From a virus, in the IMG/VR virus record IMGVR_UViG_3300013093_000043, positions 3,681 to 67,680 of that record: a stretch of 64,000 bases of DNA. One strand, written 5' to 3'. Below, one piece after another: positions 50,186 to 59,586 of the stretch. Under the pieces are notes generated by a model. That model ran no database searches. It saw only the letters and a program-made list of their open reading frames with translations, and was not told the DNA's origin. A program made the position numbers and the translations under genes. Positions within the stretch are counted from its first letter, which is position 1. Every line of letters begins with the position of its first letter.

Positions 50186-51254
50186 AATTTTGACTATAAA
50201 ATAAGTTGTAATTATAGTCTAGCACACCCTGCATTTCTTGTAGAGTAAATTCCAAATCCTTTTCACTTAGCGTACAAATCCTTTCCAATACTTCGCCTAC
50301 CGCCTGCATACGTGCAACAGGATCTTCAATCGTATCGTAACTCTCATCCCACCAATAATCAAAAGTTTGAAATCCGTAACTACGCAAATACTCTAGGTTA
50401 TGTGCAGGGCCTACTAGTATAAATGGCATGCGGCTCACAATGGGTTTAAATATCTTTTCGGTTAAATGACATTTACGTTCCCAATAACAAGTTTCGGTTA
50501 CAACATATACAAAACTTTCTTGAGATTCGGCAACTGCACTCAACGCAAAACTATTATTGGGAATCAAGTGCTGGTCTTTAAAATCGATACGTAAAGGTAA
50601 TTGTATTTTATTGATATTGCTGATTGCTTTATCTGCCACTTCTTTGCTAATTAATCGTTCATCAACTGCTGACAATAAATTTTCTGCGTAGTTCTTTTGG
50701 TTGTCGGGACAAACATCACCGTAACTGACATGGCCTTGATCCAGTATGTTACACTCGATTAACTCGCTGATAAATAAACTACGATACACCCGTCGGTTGC
50801 TGGTCAATCTATTAAACGTGATGTATTTTTTCTTTAGTTTTCTTGTTGCAGGATTGACCAATCTTGAATCATATTCGATCCCTCGAAACCAATCGTGAGC
50901 AGCAAACACATGATGAAAATAATACACAACTGGCCATCCGTATCTTTGTTGAATCAATTCTAGAGGATCGCTGTTCTTTTCGGTAGTAACCAGTATGAAC
51001 GGACCTTGACAATTGTCTCTAACGTAATCTAGTAGTTTGAAATTGTATTCACCCAAAATTGGTTCTTGATCGTAACAGATAAACATTGGTCCATCTACTA
51101 CATCTTTGTCGGTATGCCCGATGTCATCGGCAATACGTTCAAGATTTTCTGGTTGAGTTGCTCCGTAAGGCAGTAGATAAAGTAGTCTGCGATATGTTAC
51201 AATAGTGCTTAAATAATGAAAGATGTTTTCGTAATGACTGTGAATATTATACAT
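50070..51254 (-). CDS. GT10/GT-B-like 'TEK' family protein
   Basis: ITFNR..R, VVTET..HLTEKIFKPI..PFILVG..GFQTFDYWWDESYD. Confidence 0.6.
   Translation of the reverse strand: MYNIHSHYENIFHYLSTIVTYRRLLYLLPYGATQPENLERIADDIGHTDKDVVDGPMFICYDQEPILGEYNFKLLDYVRDNCQGPFILVTTEKNSDPLELIQQRYGWPVVYYFHHVFAAHDWFRGIEYDSRLVNPATRKLKKKYITFNRLTSNRRVYRSLFISELIECNILDQGHVSYGDVCPDNQKNYAENLLSAVDERLISKEVADKAISNINKIQLPLRIDFKDQHLIPNNSFALSAVAESQESFVYVVTETCYWERKCHLTEKIFKPIVSRMPFILVGPAHNLEYLRSYGFQTFDYWWDESYDTIEDPVARMQAVGEVLERICTLSEKDLEFTLQEMQGVLDYNYNLFYSQNFIDRCWNELVLGLRDVCEQKPTVPGLQEATAQYLESQP
51210..51215 (+). promoter_or_regulatory. Putative late promoter core TAAATA for the 51253 gene, inside the antisense gene
   Basis: TAAATA lies ~38 nt upstream of ATG 51253, and there is no intergenic space. 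Confidence 0.3.
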
Positions 51255-54200
51255 GTTTGATGTGTTTTACAAAGGGCCCAAGCCCAATTTGTTTGCTTTT
51301 GAAAAACCTGCAACGAGTTTGGAGGATGCAGCACGTCAGAGTCGAACCAAGTACTACTGGTTTATTTATGGACTCAATGATTACAGTAGTTTTGATTTTG
51401 ATTATGTTCCGGTTCCGTGGCAAAGCGAGTATATACACACCTGGCCCAATCAATGGCAACCGGATGGAGAAGTGTATCTAGCCAAACGAACCAACAGTGG
51501 ACAACCGCATTATCATGAACAAATCGTTCGCAGACTGGGAGTAAAAGAGTATTGGCATATTCCGGACTATATAGATCCTGAGACTGTAGATACTACTTGG
51601 TGTCCAGATCCACTGGAACCCGCTTACATATACCATTTCCCCAGTCAACATCAAAGTTGTAGCGGAGTTACTTATACTGTCCCGGGAGCAACCGAAGTAA
51701 AATTAGTAGATGCATTTGTTGTCAAGGCACTGCCCAATCCCGCTAGATTTGGGCACAATATTGCAGTAACTGACTTTGATTACAGTTGGCATCCTAACGT
51801 GCTAGATCCTGCATACACTTATGTGTTTGGCAATCAATGGAATCCGGCTACTCTAGAAGCCACTGTGGTATATCATGTAGATGGGGCAACCGAAATCAAG
51901 TACATGGAACCAATTGCCACAGTAGCGTCTGATATGACCAATTGGGAATCGCTAGATGACATTGAGGAATTTGATTACAGTTGGAGGCCCAATCCCACAG
52001 AACCTGCTTACATTTATGTATTTGGCAATCAATGGCTAACGCCCGAGCAACGTCCGGCATTAAAATATGTTGTTCCCGGTGCTACTGAGATAAAATACAT
52101 GGACATGCCCAAGGCCACCAGAACCAGCAAGCCCGAACTGTTTGTAACACATTACGACTGCGAGTTTGATTATAGTTGGGAACCTGACCCTGGGTCACCG
52201 GCGTATAACTATGTATTTGGTAATCAATGGTATCCGGGCGAACAAATGCCCACAGTAGAATATAGGATGTCGGGAGCAACAGAAACAAAATTTGTTGATG
52301 TACCGGCACGACTATTACCAACAACTCTTAATTGGCAAACTCGAATTGACTGTGAGTTTGATTATAGTTGGTGTCCCGATCCCGGAGACCCCGCCTACAT
52401 CTATGTATTTGGTAATCAACATTGGCCTGCAATAAAAATGCCCACAGTTGAATATCATGTACCGGGTGCTACAGAATATAAATTTTTAGATTATCCCGTG
52501 GCAAAATTATTGCCAAATCTTGATGCTTGGCAAGTACCTGAAGAAATCGATGCTGACAACATTGACTACAGTTGGGTGCCCGATCCCGGAGAGCCTGCTT
52601 ACATATATCACTTTGGAACAGACTATCAACAAAGCATTGGATTGACTTATACCGTGCCCGGAGCAACAGAATTAAAGTTTTGGGGCGACATACCTCGAGT
52701 CAAGCGAGAACAAACTGCGGTAAAAGCACTAGAGATATTCTTTATTGATCGCGGCAATGCCAAGAGCCTGGTACGTTACGAAATACTACAAGCACTTTAC
52801 GAAAATGTAGTCAAGGTTCGTTATGCAAACAGCCTGTTTGAAACCATACAAAGATGTGTGACTCGTGCACAAGGCAATCGGTTTTGGGTCATTAGCAGCG
52901 AATACAATTACAACGACTTTGATTTTTATTGGCACGCCGAACCCTGGCAAAGTTATATGACGCATGTGTTCCCGAGTCAACATAACAAGTGGAGCGATAC
53001 ATTTTTAATAAACCGATGGGAATTTGAACGCCATGCAAAATGGGCCACCGGCCTAGAACAGTTTCCCAATTTAAACTTTGTTCAAGATCAAATGGTTAAC
53101 CGGACCGAAGCCACTGCGGACATTTACTACGTAGACCATGCCAATCCCGAAAGCAATGATAATTACAACTATCTTAAAGTAGAAGTGGGAGAAGTAATAC
53201 GCACACGTTTTGCGGGCGAGTATTTGGACGTATTAAAACGTATTGTGAACACGGCAGAAACAGAATATGTTTGGGTGGTTAGCAGTTTATGTCGGTACAA
53301 CTATTTTGATTTTACTTGGGAACCTGAACCTTGGCAACGCGAAATGATACACTGCTTTGCCAATTACGGAGAACAACGTGGGGACACATTTTATATACAC
53401 GTAGAATCATTTAAACGGCAAATGATTGAACTTGAATTATTGGATTGGTTTAACGTTATCAACTATGTCAGCACTAACACAGTCAGCAGGTATCCTACCC
53501 CAATACACTACTACGAAGGTGACGATTTAATCACCGAAATTAAAAACTATGATTTTAAAACTCCTTACGTGACATTTACAAATCAACAAGACCTAAGTTT
53601 GTTTTTAACAAACTGTTTGTGGAGCGAAAAGGATCGCACAGTAGTACGAGCAACTAGGTCGGGGGCAACTTGTATAGTACCCCGAGATATTAAACGATAT
53701 TTACGAACACAAATATACGACTATCCCTATTTGGACAAACATCACTACATAAACGAGTACTACAATAATAGTCTATTTCCCGGAATAGATATAGTTTACA
53801 TCAGTAACGGCGAACCCGATGAGGAAAAGTGGTACGACACACTATGCTATGTGTCTAATAACACCGGTAGTGAAGTAAAATGGATACGTGGAGTCAATGG
53901 CAGAACTGCTGCTTACCAAGCAGCTGCCAGGGCAAGTACTACCCCGTGGTTCTTTGCGGTGTTTGCCAAAATAGAAGTTGATGTTCATTTCCCCTGGCGA
54001 GATTGGATGCCGGACTATTGGCAAGAACCCAAGCACTATATCTTTAATGCACGTAATCCGGTTAATGGGTTAGAGTACGGCCACCAGGGTGTAATAGCAT
54101 ACAACCGACGACTAGTCCTTGAAAATAACTCACCTGGGATAGACTTTACACTATCACAACCGCACGAATCGGTGCCGATATTGTCAGGCGTGGCACATTT

Positions 54201-54480
54201 TAATCAGGATCCTTGGATGACGTGGCGTACTGCATTTAGAGAAGTAATAAAGTTAAAGCACTTTGATGCAACGGCACCTACACTAGAAAACAGTCATAGA
54301 CTTGACGTATGGTGCACACAGGCCAAGGGAAAGTACAGTGATTACTGTCTAGCAGGGGCCCGTGACGCAGTTGCTTATTATGAAGAGGTAAATGGAGATT
54401 ACGAGCTACTCAAATTGAGCTTTGAGTGGGATTGGTTACGAACAAGATTTGAAGCAGTTAAACTTCGTTATGGGATTTAA
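51253..54480 (+). CDS. Large repeat protein with several degenerate GT-A-like domains
   Basis: Six ~62-65-aa repeats. The C-terminal domain is homologous to 33510 (DIVYISNGEP..GVNGRTAAYQAAA..NGLEYGHQG..WRTAFREVIK). Confidence 0.75.
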   Translation: MFDVFYKGPKPNLFAFEKPATSLEDAARQSRTKYYWFIYGLNDYSSFDFDYVPVPWQSEYIHTWPNQWQPDGEVYLAKRTNSGQPHYHEQIVRRLGVKEYWHIPDYIDPETVDTTWCPDPLEPAYIYHFPSQHQSCSGVTYTVPGATEVKLVDAFVVKALPNPARFGHNIAVTDFDYSWHPNVLDPAYTYVFGNQWNPATLEATVVYHVDGATEIKYMEPIATVASDMTNWESLDDIEEFDYSWRPNPTEPAYIYVFGNQWLTPEQRPALKYVVPGATEIKYMDMPKATRTSKPELFVTHYDCEFDYSWEPDPGSPAYNYVFGNQWYPGEQMPTVEYRMSGATETKFVDVPARLLPTTLNWQTRIDCEFDYSWCPDPGDPAYIYVFGNQHWPAIKMPTVEYHVPGATEYKFLDYPVAKLLPNLDAWQVPEEIDADNIDYSWVPDPGEPAYIYHFGTDYQQSIGLTYTVPGATELKFWGDIPRVKREQTAVKALEIFFIDRGNAKSLVRYEILQALYENVVKVRYANSLFETIQRCVTRAQGNRFWVISSEYNYNDFDFYWHAEPWQSYMTHVFPSQHNKWSDTFLINRWEFERHAKWATGLEQFPNLNFVQDQMVNRTEATADIYYVDHANPESNDNYNYLKVEVGEVIRTRFAGEYLDVLKRIVNTAETEYVWVVSSLCRYNYFDFTWEPEPWQREMIHCFANYGEQRGDTFYIHVESFKRQMIELELLDWFNVINYVSTNTVSRYPTPIHYYEGDDLITEIKNYDFKTPYVTFTNQQDLSLFLTNCLWSEKDRTVVRATRSGATCIVPRDIKRYLRTQIYDYPYLDKHHYINEYYNNSLFPGIDIVYISNGEPDEEKWYDTLCYVSNNTGSEVKWIRGVNGRTAAYQAAARASTTPWFFAVFAKIEVDVHFPWRDWMPDYWQEPKHYIFNARNPVNGLEYGHQGVIAYNRRLVLENNSPGIDFTLSQPHESVPILSGVAHFNQDPWMTWRTAFREVIKLKHFDATAPTLENSHRLDVWCTQAKGKYSDYCLAGARDAVAYYEEVNGDYELLKLSFEWDWLRTRFEAVKLRYGI
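51550..52690 (+). repeat. Six tandem ~190-bp coding repeats (DYSW.P.P..PAY.YVFGNQW...Y.VPGATE.K)
   Basis: Visible at DNA level, e.g. tttgattaYagttgg, tttggYaatcaa and ccgggNgcNacNga. Confidence 0.9.
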
Positions 54481-55583
54481 CGAAAGTACTCTCGAATAGT
54501 TCTAACTATCTTTTCAACTTCACTGTCATAAAGTTCGGGATAGATTGGCAGTGATAAACATTCTCTGGTAAACTTTTCCGCTTCCCAATTGTTCGCGTCT
54601 GGAGCAAAACTACGGCCCACAAACTCCTCGTACAATGTACGAGTATAGGTCATTTTTGATTCAATATCGTTGTAGTCTAGGTGTTTCTTTAACTGTATTC
54701 TATTGGGCACACGGACCACATACTTGCTCCAAGCATGAACTGCACCCGGAGTGGCAACAGGTACTTCTACATATTCTTGTAGCTCACGTGTATAATATTC
54801 AGCAATTTCGCTACGACGTGCTTGCCATTTATCAAAGTGCTTGAGTTTCATGGCCATAACGGCACAATCTACTTCGCTCATTTTACTGTTAATGCCTGGC
54901 ATTTCATGTCCGGTATGTTTGCCATTATCGCGTAAATTTTTAACCAGCTCATATACCAATATATCATCAGTCAGTATCATACCACCCGACCCAAAATTGT
55001 TTAGATTCTTTGTAGGATCAAAACTCAGCACACTGATGTCGCCCATCTTGCCTGAAGGAACTCCATTGAAACTGGCTCCAAAACTCTGTGCAGCATCTTC
55101 AACAACACGTACTTGATCACTGCCAAAGAATTGAGTCATTATTTTAAATCTATCCCAATCTACAGTATTACCAAAAAGGTTAACATACATTACAGTTTGG
55201 ATCTCGGACCCCATTGCTTGATCAGCCAGTCCCAAATCTATTAACCCGTTTGAGTCTACGTCACAGATTTTTAAATTTGCATACTTAGATAGTACTGCCG
55301 AGTTCATGGTGGCAATATAGCTAACTGCAGGTATTAAAAGACCGGGTTTTTCACTGGAAACTAACGAATTTAATGCAAAAACCAATCCGGTAGTGGCACT
55401 ATTTACTGCAACGGCATAATTGCGATTTAACCGATGAGCTATTTCAAGTTCAAATTTCACAGTGTATTCCCCGTCCAAAACTCGTCCGGTACTTAATACA
55501 GTGTCGGTTATATCCAAGACTTTGCGTTTTAAATTTTGGTATTGGCGATTAACGCCATACATTTTTATAGTTTTTGTTGACAT
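54477..55583 (-). CDS. DegT/DnrJ/EryC1/StrS PLP-dependent sugar aminotransferase
   Basis: AVNSATTGL, EDAAQSFGA, SFDPTKNL (catalytic Lys), LSLPIYPEL. Confidence 0.93.
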   Translation of the reverse strand: MSTKTIKMYGVNRQYQNLKRKVLDITDTVLSTGRVLDGEYTVKFELEIAHRLNRNYAVAVNSATTGLVFALNSLVSSEKPGLLIPAVSYIATMNSAVLSKYANLKICDVDSNGLIDLGLADQAMGSEIQTVMYVNLFGNTVDWDRFKIMTQFFGSDQVRVVEDAAQSFGASFNGVPSGKMGDISVLSFDPTKNLNNFGSGGMILTDDILVYELVKNLRDNGKHTGHEMPGINSKMSEVDCAVMAMKLKHFDKWQARRSEIAEYYTRELQEYVEVPVATPGAVHAWSKYVVRVPNRIQLKKHLDYNDIESKMTYTRTLYEEFVGRSFAPDANNWEAEKFTRECLSLPIYPELYDSEVEKIVRTIREYFR

Positions 55584-55586
55584 CGT

Positions 55587-56624
55587 TTATAATAGCCCAT
55601 ATATGTTTTCAACTTTGTGATAAATGTTGGGCTCTAATAATTTATGCAATTCTTGTGTGTTATTGGGGAATTTTTCTATTCCATATGATTTAAAAGTTAA
55701 TCCATACTTATAAATCATAATGTGTTGAATTGCTGCTTCTTGTAATATATTTAAATTATACTCACTAAGATCAAAATAATAGTTATTGACAATTGATGTA
55801 CATATATGCTCAAAATTCCAAGAAAACTTTAACGTATTGTGTTGTATTTTTTGCCACTCTTTATATATTGGCAACCACTTGATTAAACGATCTTTATCTA
55901 TTTTTAAATTTAAATAATTGAAAATTTTATTCAATGCGTTTTCGCCATCATGCCAAATTTCTTGGCTATCTAATAATAGATGAGGTAAAGAAAAATCTAT
56001 TTGTTCTTTAATGTTGTTGAATGCGTATGGCCTGACGTTTAATGCATAAATTTCTCTAAGATCCCAGACCGACAAAGGAGTATATTCGTTTTTAAAAAAT
56101 ACATCAAAATAATCACAAATTGACTCGTCAACAGATGTATATTTTTTAGTATTCAGCAATTGACGATCCAGTGCACGTACAGATAATTGATATACAGGGG
56201 AGGAACTTAAATTAAAATAAATCAAAGCAAAATTATTTTCGTGACATAACCGCCAAATTTGTGCAAAATCTTGTCTTGTATGATTTGCTATAATATTATG
56301 ATTTGATTCCTTTAAAGATTCGTCCAATGGAATAGATAATTCTCGAGCAGCTATATCCCAATGTAATTGTATAGGGTAAAGAGATAGCAGCTTGTGGCCT
56401 GATACGCCATTGAAGCTTTTGATGTAACTTGAAGTTTCTGCTTGACCACTAGGATGATTTTTTCGATGACCATGTGCATTGGTCTTGGACAAAGGATTAG
56501 ATACTAACGGAACCCAATTGTTTTTAGCATAAAAATCATCTTGTTTTGCCAGCCAGTACACGCTCCAATCGACGAACGTACATCCAATTGCAACATCACT
56601 CATCAAACAAAATCGATTTGTCAT
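55587..56624 (-). CDS. Hypothetical protein, possibly sulfotransferase-like (AT-rich gene)
   Basis: The start is reassigned to the ATGA overlap at 56624. The N-terminal IGCTFVDWS weakly recalls a sulfotransferase 5'-PSB loop; the function call is weak. Confidence 0.5.
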   Translation of the reverse strand: MTNRFCLMSDVAIGCTFVDWSVYWLAKQDDFYAKNNWVPLVSNPLSKTNAHGHRKNHPSGQAETSSYIKSFNGVSGHKLLSLYPIQLHWDIAARELSIPLDESLKESNHNIIANHTRQDFAQIWRLCHENNFALIYFNLSSSPVYQLSVRALDRQLLNTKKYTSVDESICDYFDVFFKNEYTPLSVWDLREIYALNVRPYAFNNIKEQIDFSLPHLLLDSQEIWHDGENALNKIFNYLNLKIDKDRLIKWLPIYKEWQKIQHNTLKFSWNFEHICTSIVNNYYFDLSEYNLNILQEAAIQHIMIYKYGLTFKSYGIEKFPNNTQELHKLLEPNIYHKVENIYGLL

Positions 56625-57598
56625 TTTATTTGTGTACTCCAATATGCACTCTCTCGAAACCATTTGTGGTACCGTTTAAACCCTTCTTTGATGTTTATTT
56701 TAGGATCGTACCCGAGTTCCTCTCGGGCTTTATCTATATTTAATCTTCCACGACTAGGGAAATCGGGATCTTTGTCCTGTATGTCTATTTTGCCGCGGCC
56801 TGCAATTTTAATACATAATGCAGCAGCATCAAGTAGCGTAATTTGTTTACTAGCACACCGAGTCATATTGTATATGTTGCCATTGGCTTCTGGTTTGGTT
56901 GTTGCAAGTGCTATACCCAATGCCACATCATCTACGTGTGTGAAGTCTAGTGATTCGTTTGCCCCACGTACTGTGATTGTTTGATCACGCATCGCTGCCA
57001 GCATAAACTTTGAAACAACTCTATCTTCCACGTCATATTCACCATATACAGCAGAGGGCCGTACAATAACATGATCAAAGCAGTTACGACGAGTATAGTC
57101 TTTGACAAGGTGTTCGCCCATTAGTTTCATGATGCCATACTGCCCTGCAGGATTACAGTCAGCAGTTTCTCGAACACCATCCTGGAAGTTTCCGTAAACC
57201 ATACTGCTACTGACATAAACAAATTTGGGCACTTTGTAATTTTTTGTCAGTTCTAGTAGGTTCATTAGTGCCGGGCCCATAACATCTGCACCCACCAACG
57301 GATCACGGGCAAATACTTTTTGTCGGGGGAAACCGGCAAGGTGTATAACACAGTCCGCATCAAAAGAGAATGTTCGCACCACATCTTCCATTGCTTTATA
57401 GTCTCTAAGATCAATATGATGTACACTGGCACGAATACGACTACGTCGTTGACTGTATAGATAACTTAATTCGTCTTTGTCCACAAAGCCATAGTCAGTG
57501 ACACTGTCAATTATAATACATTCGTGACCCATGGCTTCTAGATGTCTTACTACATTGTGTCCAATGAAGCCAGCACCGCCTGTTACTAAATACCGCAT
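56621..57598 (-). CDS. NAD-dependent nucleotide-sugar epimerase/dehydratase
   Basis: TGGAGFIG, HLAG, SSSMVYG, YGIMK (YxxxK), DFTHVDD. Confidence 0.93.
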   Translation of the reverse strand: MRYLVTGGAGFIGHNVVRHLEAMGHECIIIDSVTDYGFVDKDELSYLYSQRRSRIRASVHHIDLRDYKAMEDVVRTFSFDADCVIHLAGFPRQKVFARDPLVGADVMGPALMNLLELTKNYKVPKFVYVSSSMVYGNFQDGVRETADCNPAGQYGIMKLMGEHLVKDYTRRNCFDHVIVRPSAVYGEYDVEDRVVSKFMLAAMRDQTITVRGANESLDFTHVDDVALGIALATTKPEANGNIYNMTRCASKQITLLDAAALCIKIAGRGKIDIQDKDPDFPSRGRLNIDKAREELGYDPKINIKEGFKRYHKWFRESAYWSTQIK

Positions 57599-58689
57599 TC
57601 TAATAACCTTTCTTTAGATTTTACAATAGTTTTAATTTCTTCAAACAACTTGGGTTTGCGTTCATCAAACATTTTTGGTAATTCATTGTAAAAATGTTCA
57701 TGGTTGTATTGTAATATTGGGTGCATGGCTGTGTACACTTTATTAATTTTTTCTATAGACCAATTACTGATCTCAAGTATTAAATGAAACATTGCCTCTA
57801 ACCGTTGATTGCCAATTAGATTGTCATAATCTTCATCCCAAAAATCACTGAATGTTTTAAATCCCAATTTTTTTAATAATTGTAAACCACCTTTATTTGA
57901 ATCTAATATAAATGGTTGGAAAAAAGCGATTGGTTTAAACGTTTTTTCAGTTAGAAATGCATACTGTTCTGCAACATACGTTTCCATGACCACTGAACAA
58001 AAACTATCTGTATAATAATGTGGTTGGCCATAAGACCAATCATTACGATCAAACGTATCTCCATTGATTTTTATTGGGATATTTAAATTTAGTTCTTCTA
58101 AATTTAATTTTTTTAGATACCACGGTACACCATCTGATGTGCAAGCATCAGATATATCTTTAAACGAATTAAAATCCGTTCTATGAAGTTCGCCTAAATA
58201 ACTAAAATAAAATTTATCTTTCATTGAAAATTTTTCAAGAAAATAATATAAAGACTGTCTGTGTGGGCTAGCCCTATTATTGAGACTTAAAAAATGACAT
58301 TTTTTTGGTGCGTTTAGATCAATATCTAATTTTCCTATGTGACTAGAATAATATGAATATAACAATGGTTCTTCTATTTCTGTATATTGATTTGTGTATT
58401 CTGTTTTAATGAAATCTGAACATGGGTGTGGAGTTATAAATATATGATATTTTTTTACCTTACCAGTTTTGTCATATAAAAATTTCTCTAAACATAACAA
58501 TTTGTCAAAAAATTCCCAATTCACATATTCTCCCAAATAAAGATTAACAACTACTTTGCTTTCTATGTCTGGGGGTGCATATCTATCTGGCTCATTATAG
58601 ATCTGAGATATACTTAAATTTTTGGAATCTACAAAGGTATCTAATCCGTCCAACAGTGTTGGTGCACTGCACCTTGGTAATGGATTCAT
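57586..58689 (-). CDS. GT10/GT-B-like 'TEK' family protein (AT-rich gene)
   Basis: FLSLNNR..HR, VVMET..FLTEKTFKPIAFFQPF..GFKTFSDFWDEDYD. Confidence 0.55.
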   Translation of the reverse strand: MNPLPRCSAPTLLDGLDTFVDSKNLSISQIYNEPDRYAPPDIESKVVVNLYLGEYVNWEFFDKLLCLEKFLYDKTGKVKKYHIFITPHPCSDFIKTEYTNQYTEIEEPLLYSYYSSHIGKLDIDLNAPKKCHFLSLNNRASPHRQSLYYFLEKFSMKDKFYFSYLGELHRTDFNSFKDISDACTSDGVPWYLKKLNLEELNLNIPIKINGDTFDRNDWSYGQPHYYTDSFCSVVMETYVAEQYAFLTEKTFKPIAFFQPFILDSNKGGLQLLKKLGFKTFSDFWDEDYDNLIGNQRLEAMFHLILEISNWSIEKINKVYTAMHPILQYNHEHFYNELPKMFDERKPKLFEEIKTIVKSKERLLECGI

Positions 58690-59579
58690 TATACTGCCAT
58701 TTCTGCTTTTATGGCATCCAGTGATTGATAGCCAACCAATCTAATATCCGCCATAGTAAACTTGTCTATGTCTTTTACTTCGGGATTGAGCCATAGTTGT
58801 GGCGCAGGCAAGGGTTCACGTTTCAATTGTTCATTTACCTGCTGTATGTGATTAAGGTAAATGTGAGCATCACCGAGAACGTGAACAAACTCACCAATGG
58901 CTAAATTGCACACTTGAGCAATCATATGCGTCAACAAGCTGTAGCTTGCCACATTAAATGGAACCCCTAAAAACATATCACAACTTCGTTGGTACATCTG
59001 GCAGGACAACTCATCCCTTCCACCAGGTACTGATCTTACACTAAACTGGGCCAACACATGACAGGGCGGCAGGGCCATGTCGTCTAACTCTCCGGGATTC
59101 CATGCAGTCAAGATGTGTCTACGACTGTATGGATTGGTTTGAATGTCGTTGATCAGAGTGGCCAATTGGTCAACCACAACTGGTTCTCGTTCACTGCTGC
59201 TGATCCAGCGAGATCGATTGGTTTGCCATTGACGCCATTGTACTCCATATACTCTACCAAGGTCGCCCTCAAATCGGGCTCGCGGTCGCCAATAAGGTGC
59301 TTGGGCATTGGCAGTCCAAATGGTGTCTTTTGGGGAGTTTTTATCCCCGTGTAAGATTTCCCGTAGGCGTCGTTCGTCCCCGGAACCTTCAATGAACCAA
59401 AGCAGTTCACTAACAATGGATTTCCAAGCCAGTCGCTTGGTAGTAACTGCTGGAAAGCCTTGTCTTAGATCGTATCGTTGTTGTAATCCGAACAAGCTGA
59501 TGGTGCCTGTGCCTGTTCGGTCTTGGTGTTTAGTACCCGATTCGAGTACTTGTTTTAGTGCGGATAAGTATTGCTTCAT
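58689..59579 (-). CDS. thyA: Thymidylate synthase
   Basis: DRTGTGT, ELLWF, LGRVYGVQWR, RRHIL.AWNP, LPPCH, YQRSCDMFLGVPFN, DAHIYLNH. Confidence 0.97.
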   Translation of the reverse strand: MKQYLSALKQVLESGTKHQDRTGTGTISLFGLQQRYDLRQGFPAVTTKRLAWKSIVSELLWFIEGSGDERRLREILHGDKNSPKDTIWTANAQAPYWRPRARFEGDLGRVYGVQWRQWQTNRSRWISSSEREPVVVDQLATLINDIQTNPYSRRHILTAWNPGELDDMALPPCHVLAQFSVRSVPGGRDELSCQMYQRSCDMFLGVPFNVASYSLLTHMIAQVCNLAIGEFVHVLGDAHIYLNHIQQVNEQLKREPLPAPQLWLNPEVKDIDKFTMADIRLVGYQSLDAIKAEMAV

Positions 59580-59586
59580 ATTATGT

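Noticed and set aside
51550-52690. CRISPR array or DGR template/variable repeats
   Set aside because: The repeats are in-frame, degenerate coding units without unique spacers, no adenine-specific variation was apparent, and no reverse transcriptase or cas gene is present.
58689-59579. thyA as a dCMP hydroxymethylase feeding carbamoylated or glycosylated DNA bases
   Set aside because: It keeps the dUMP-specifying Asn (GVPFN) and is paired with DHFR, so it looks like a canonical thymidylate synthase. DNA modification by the cluster is not excluded but has no support here.
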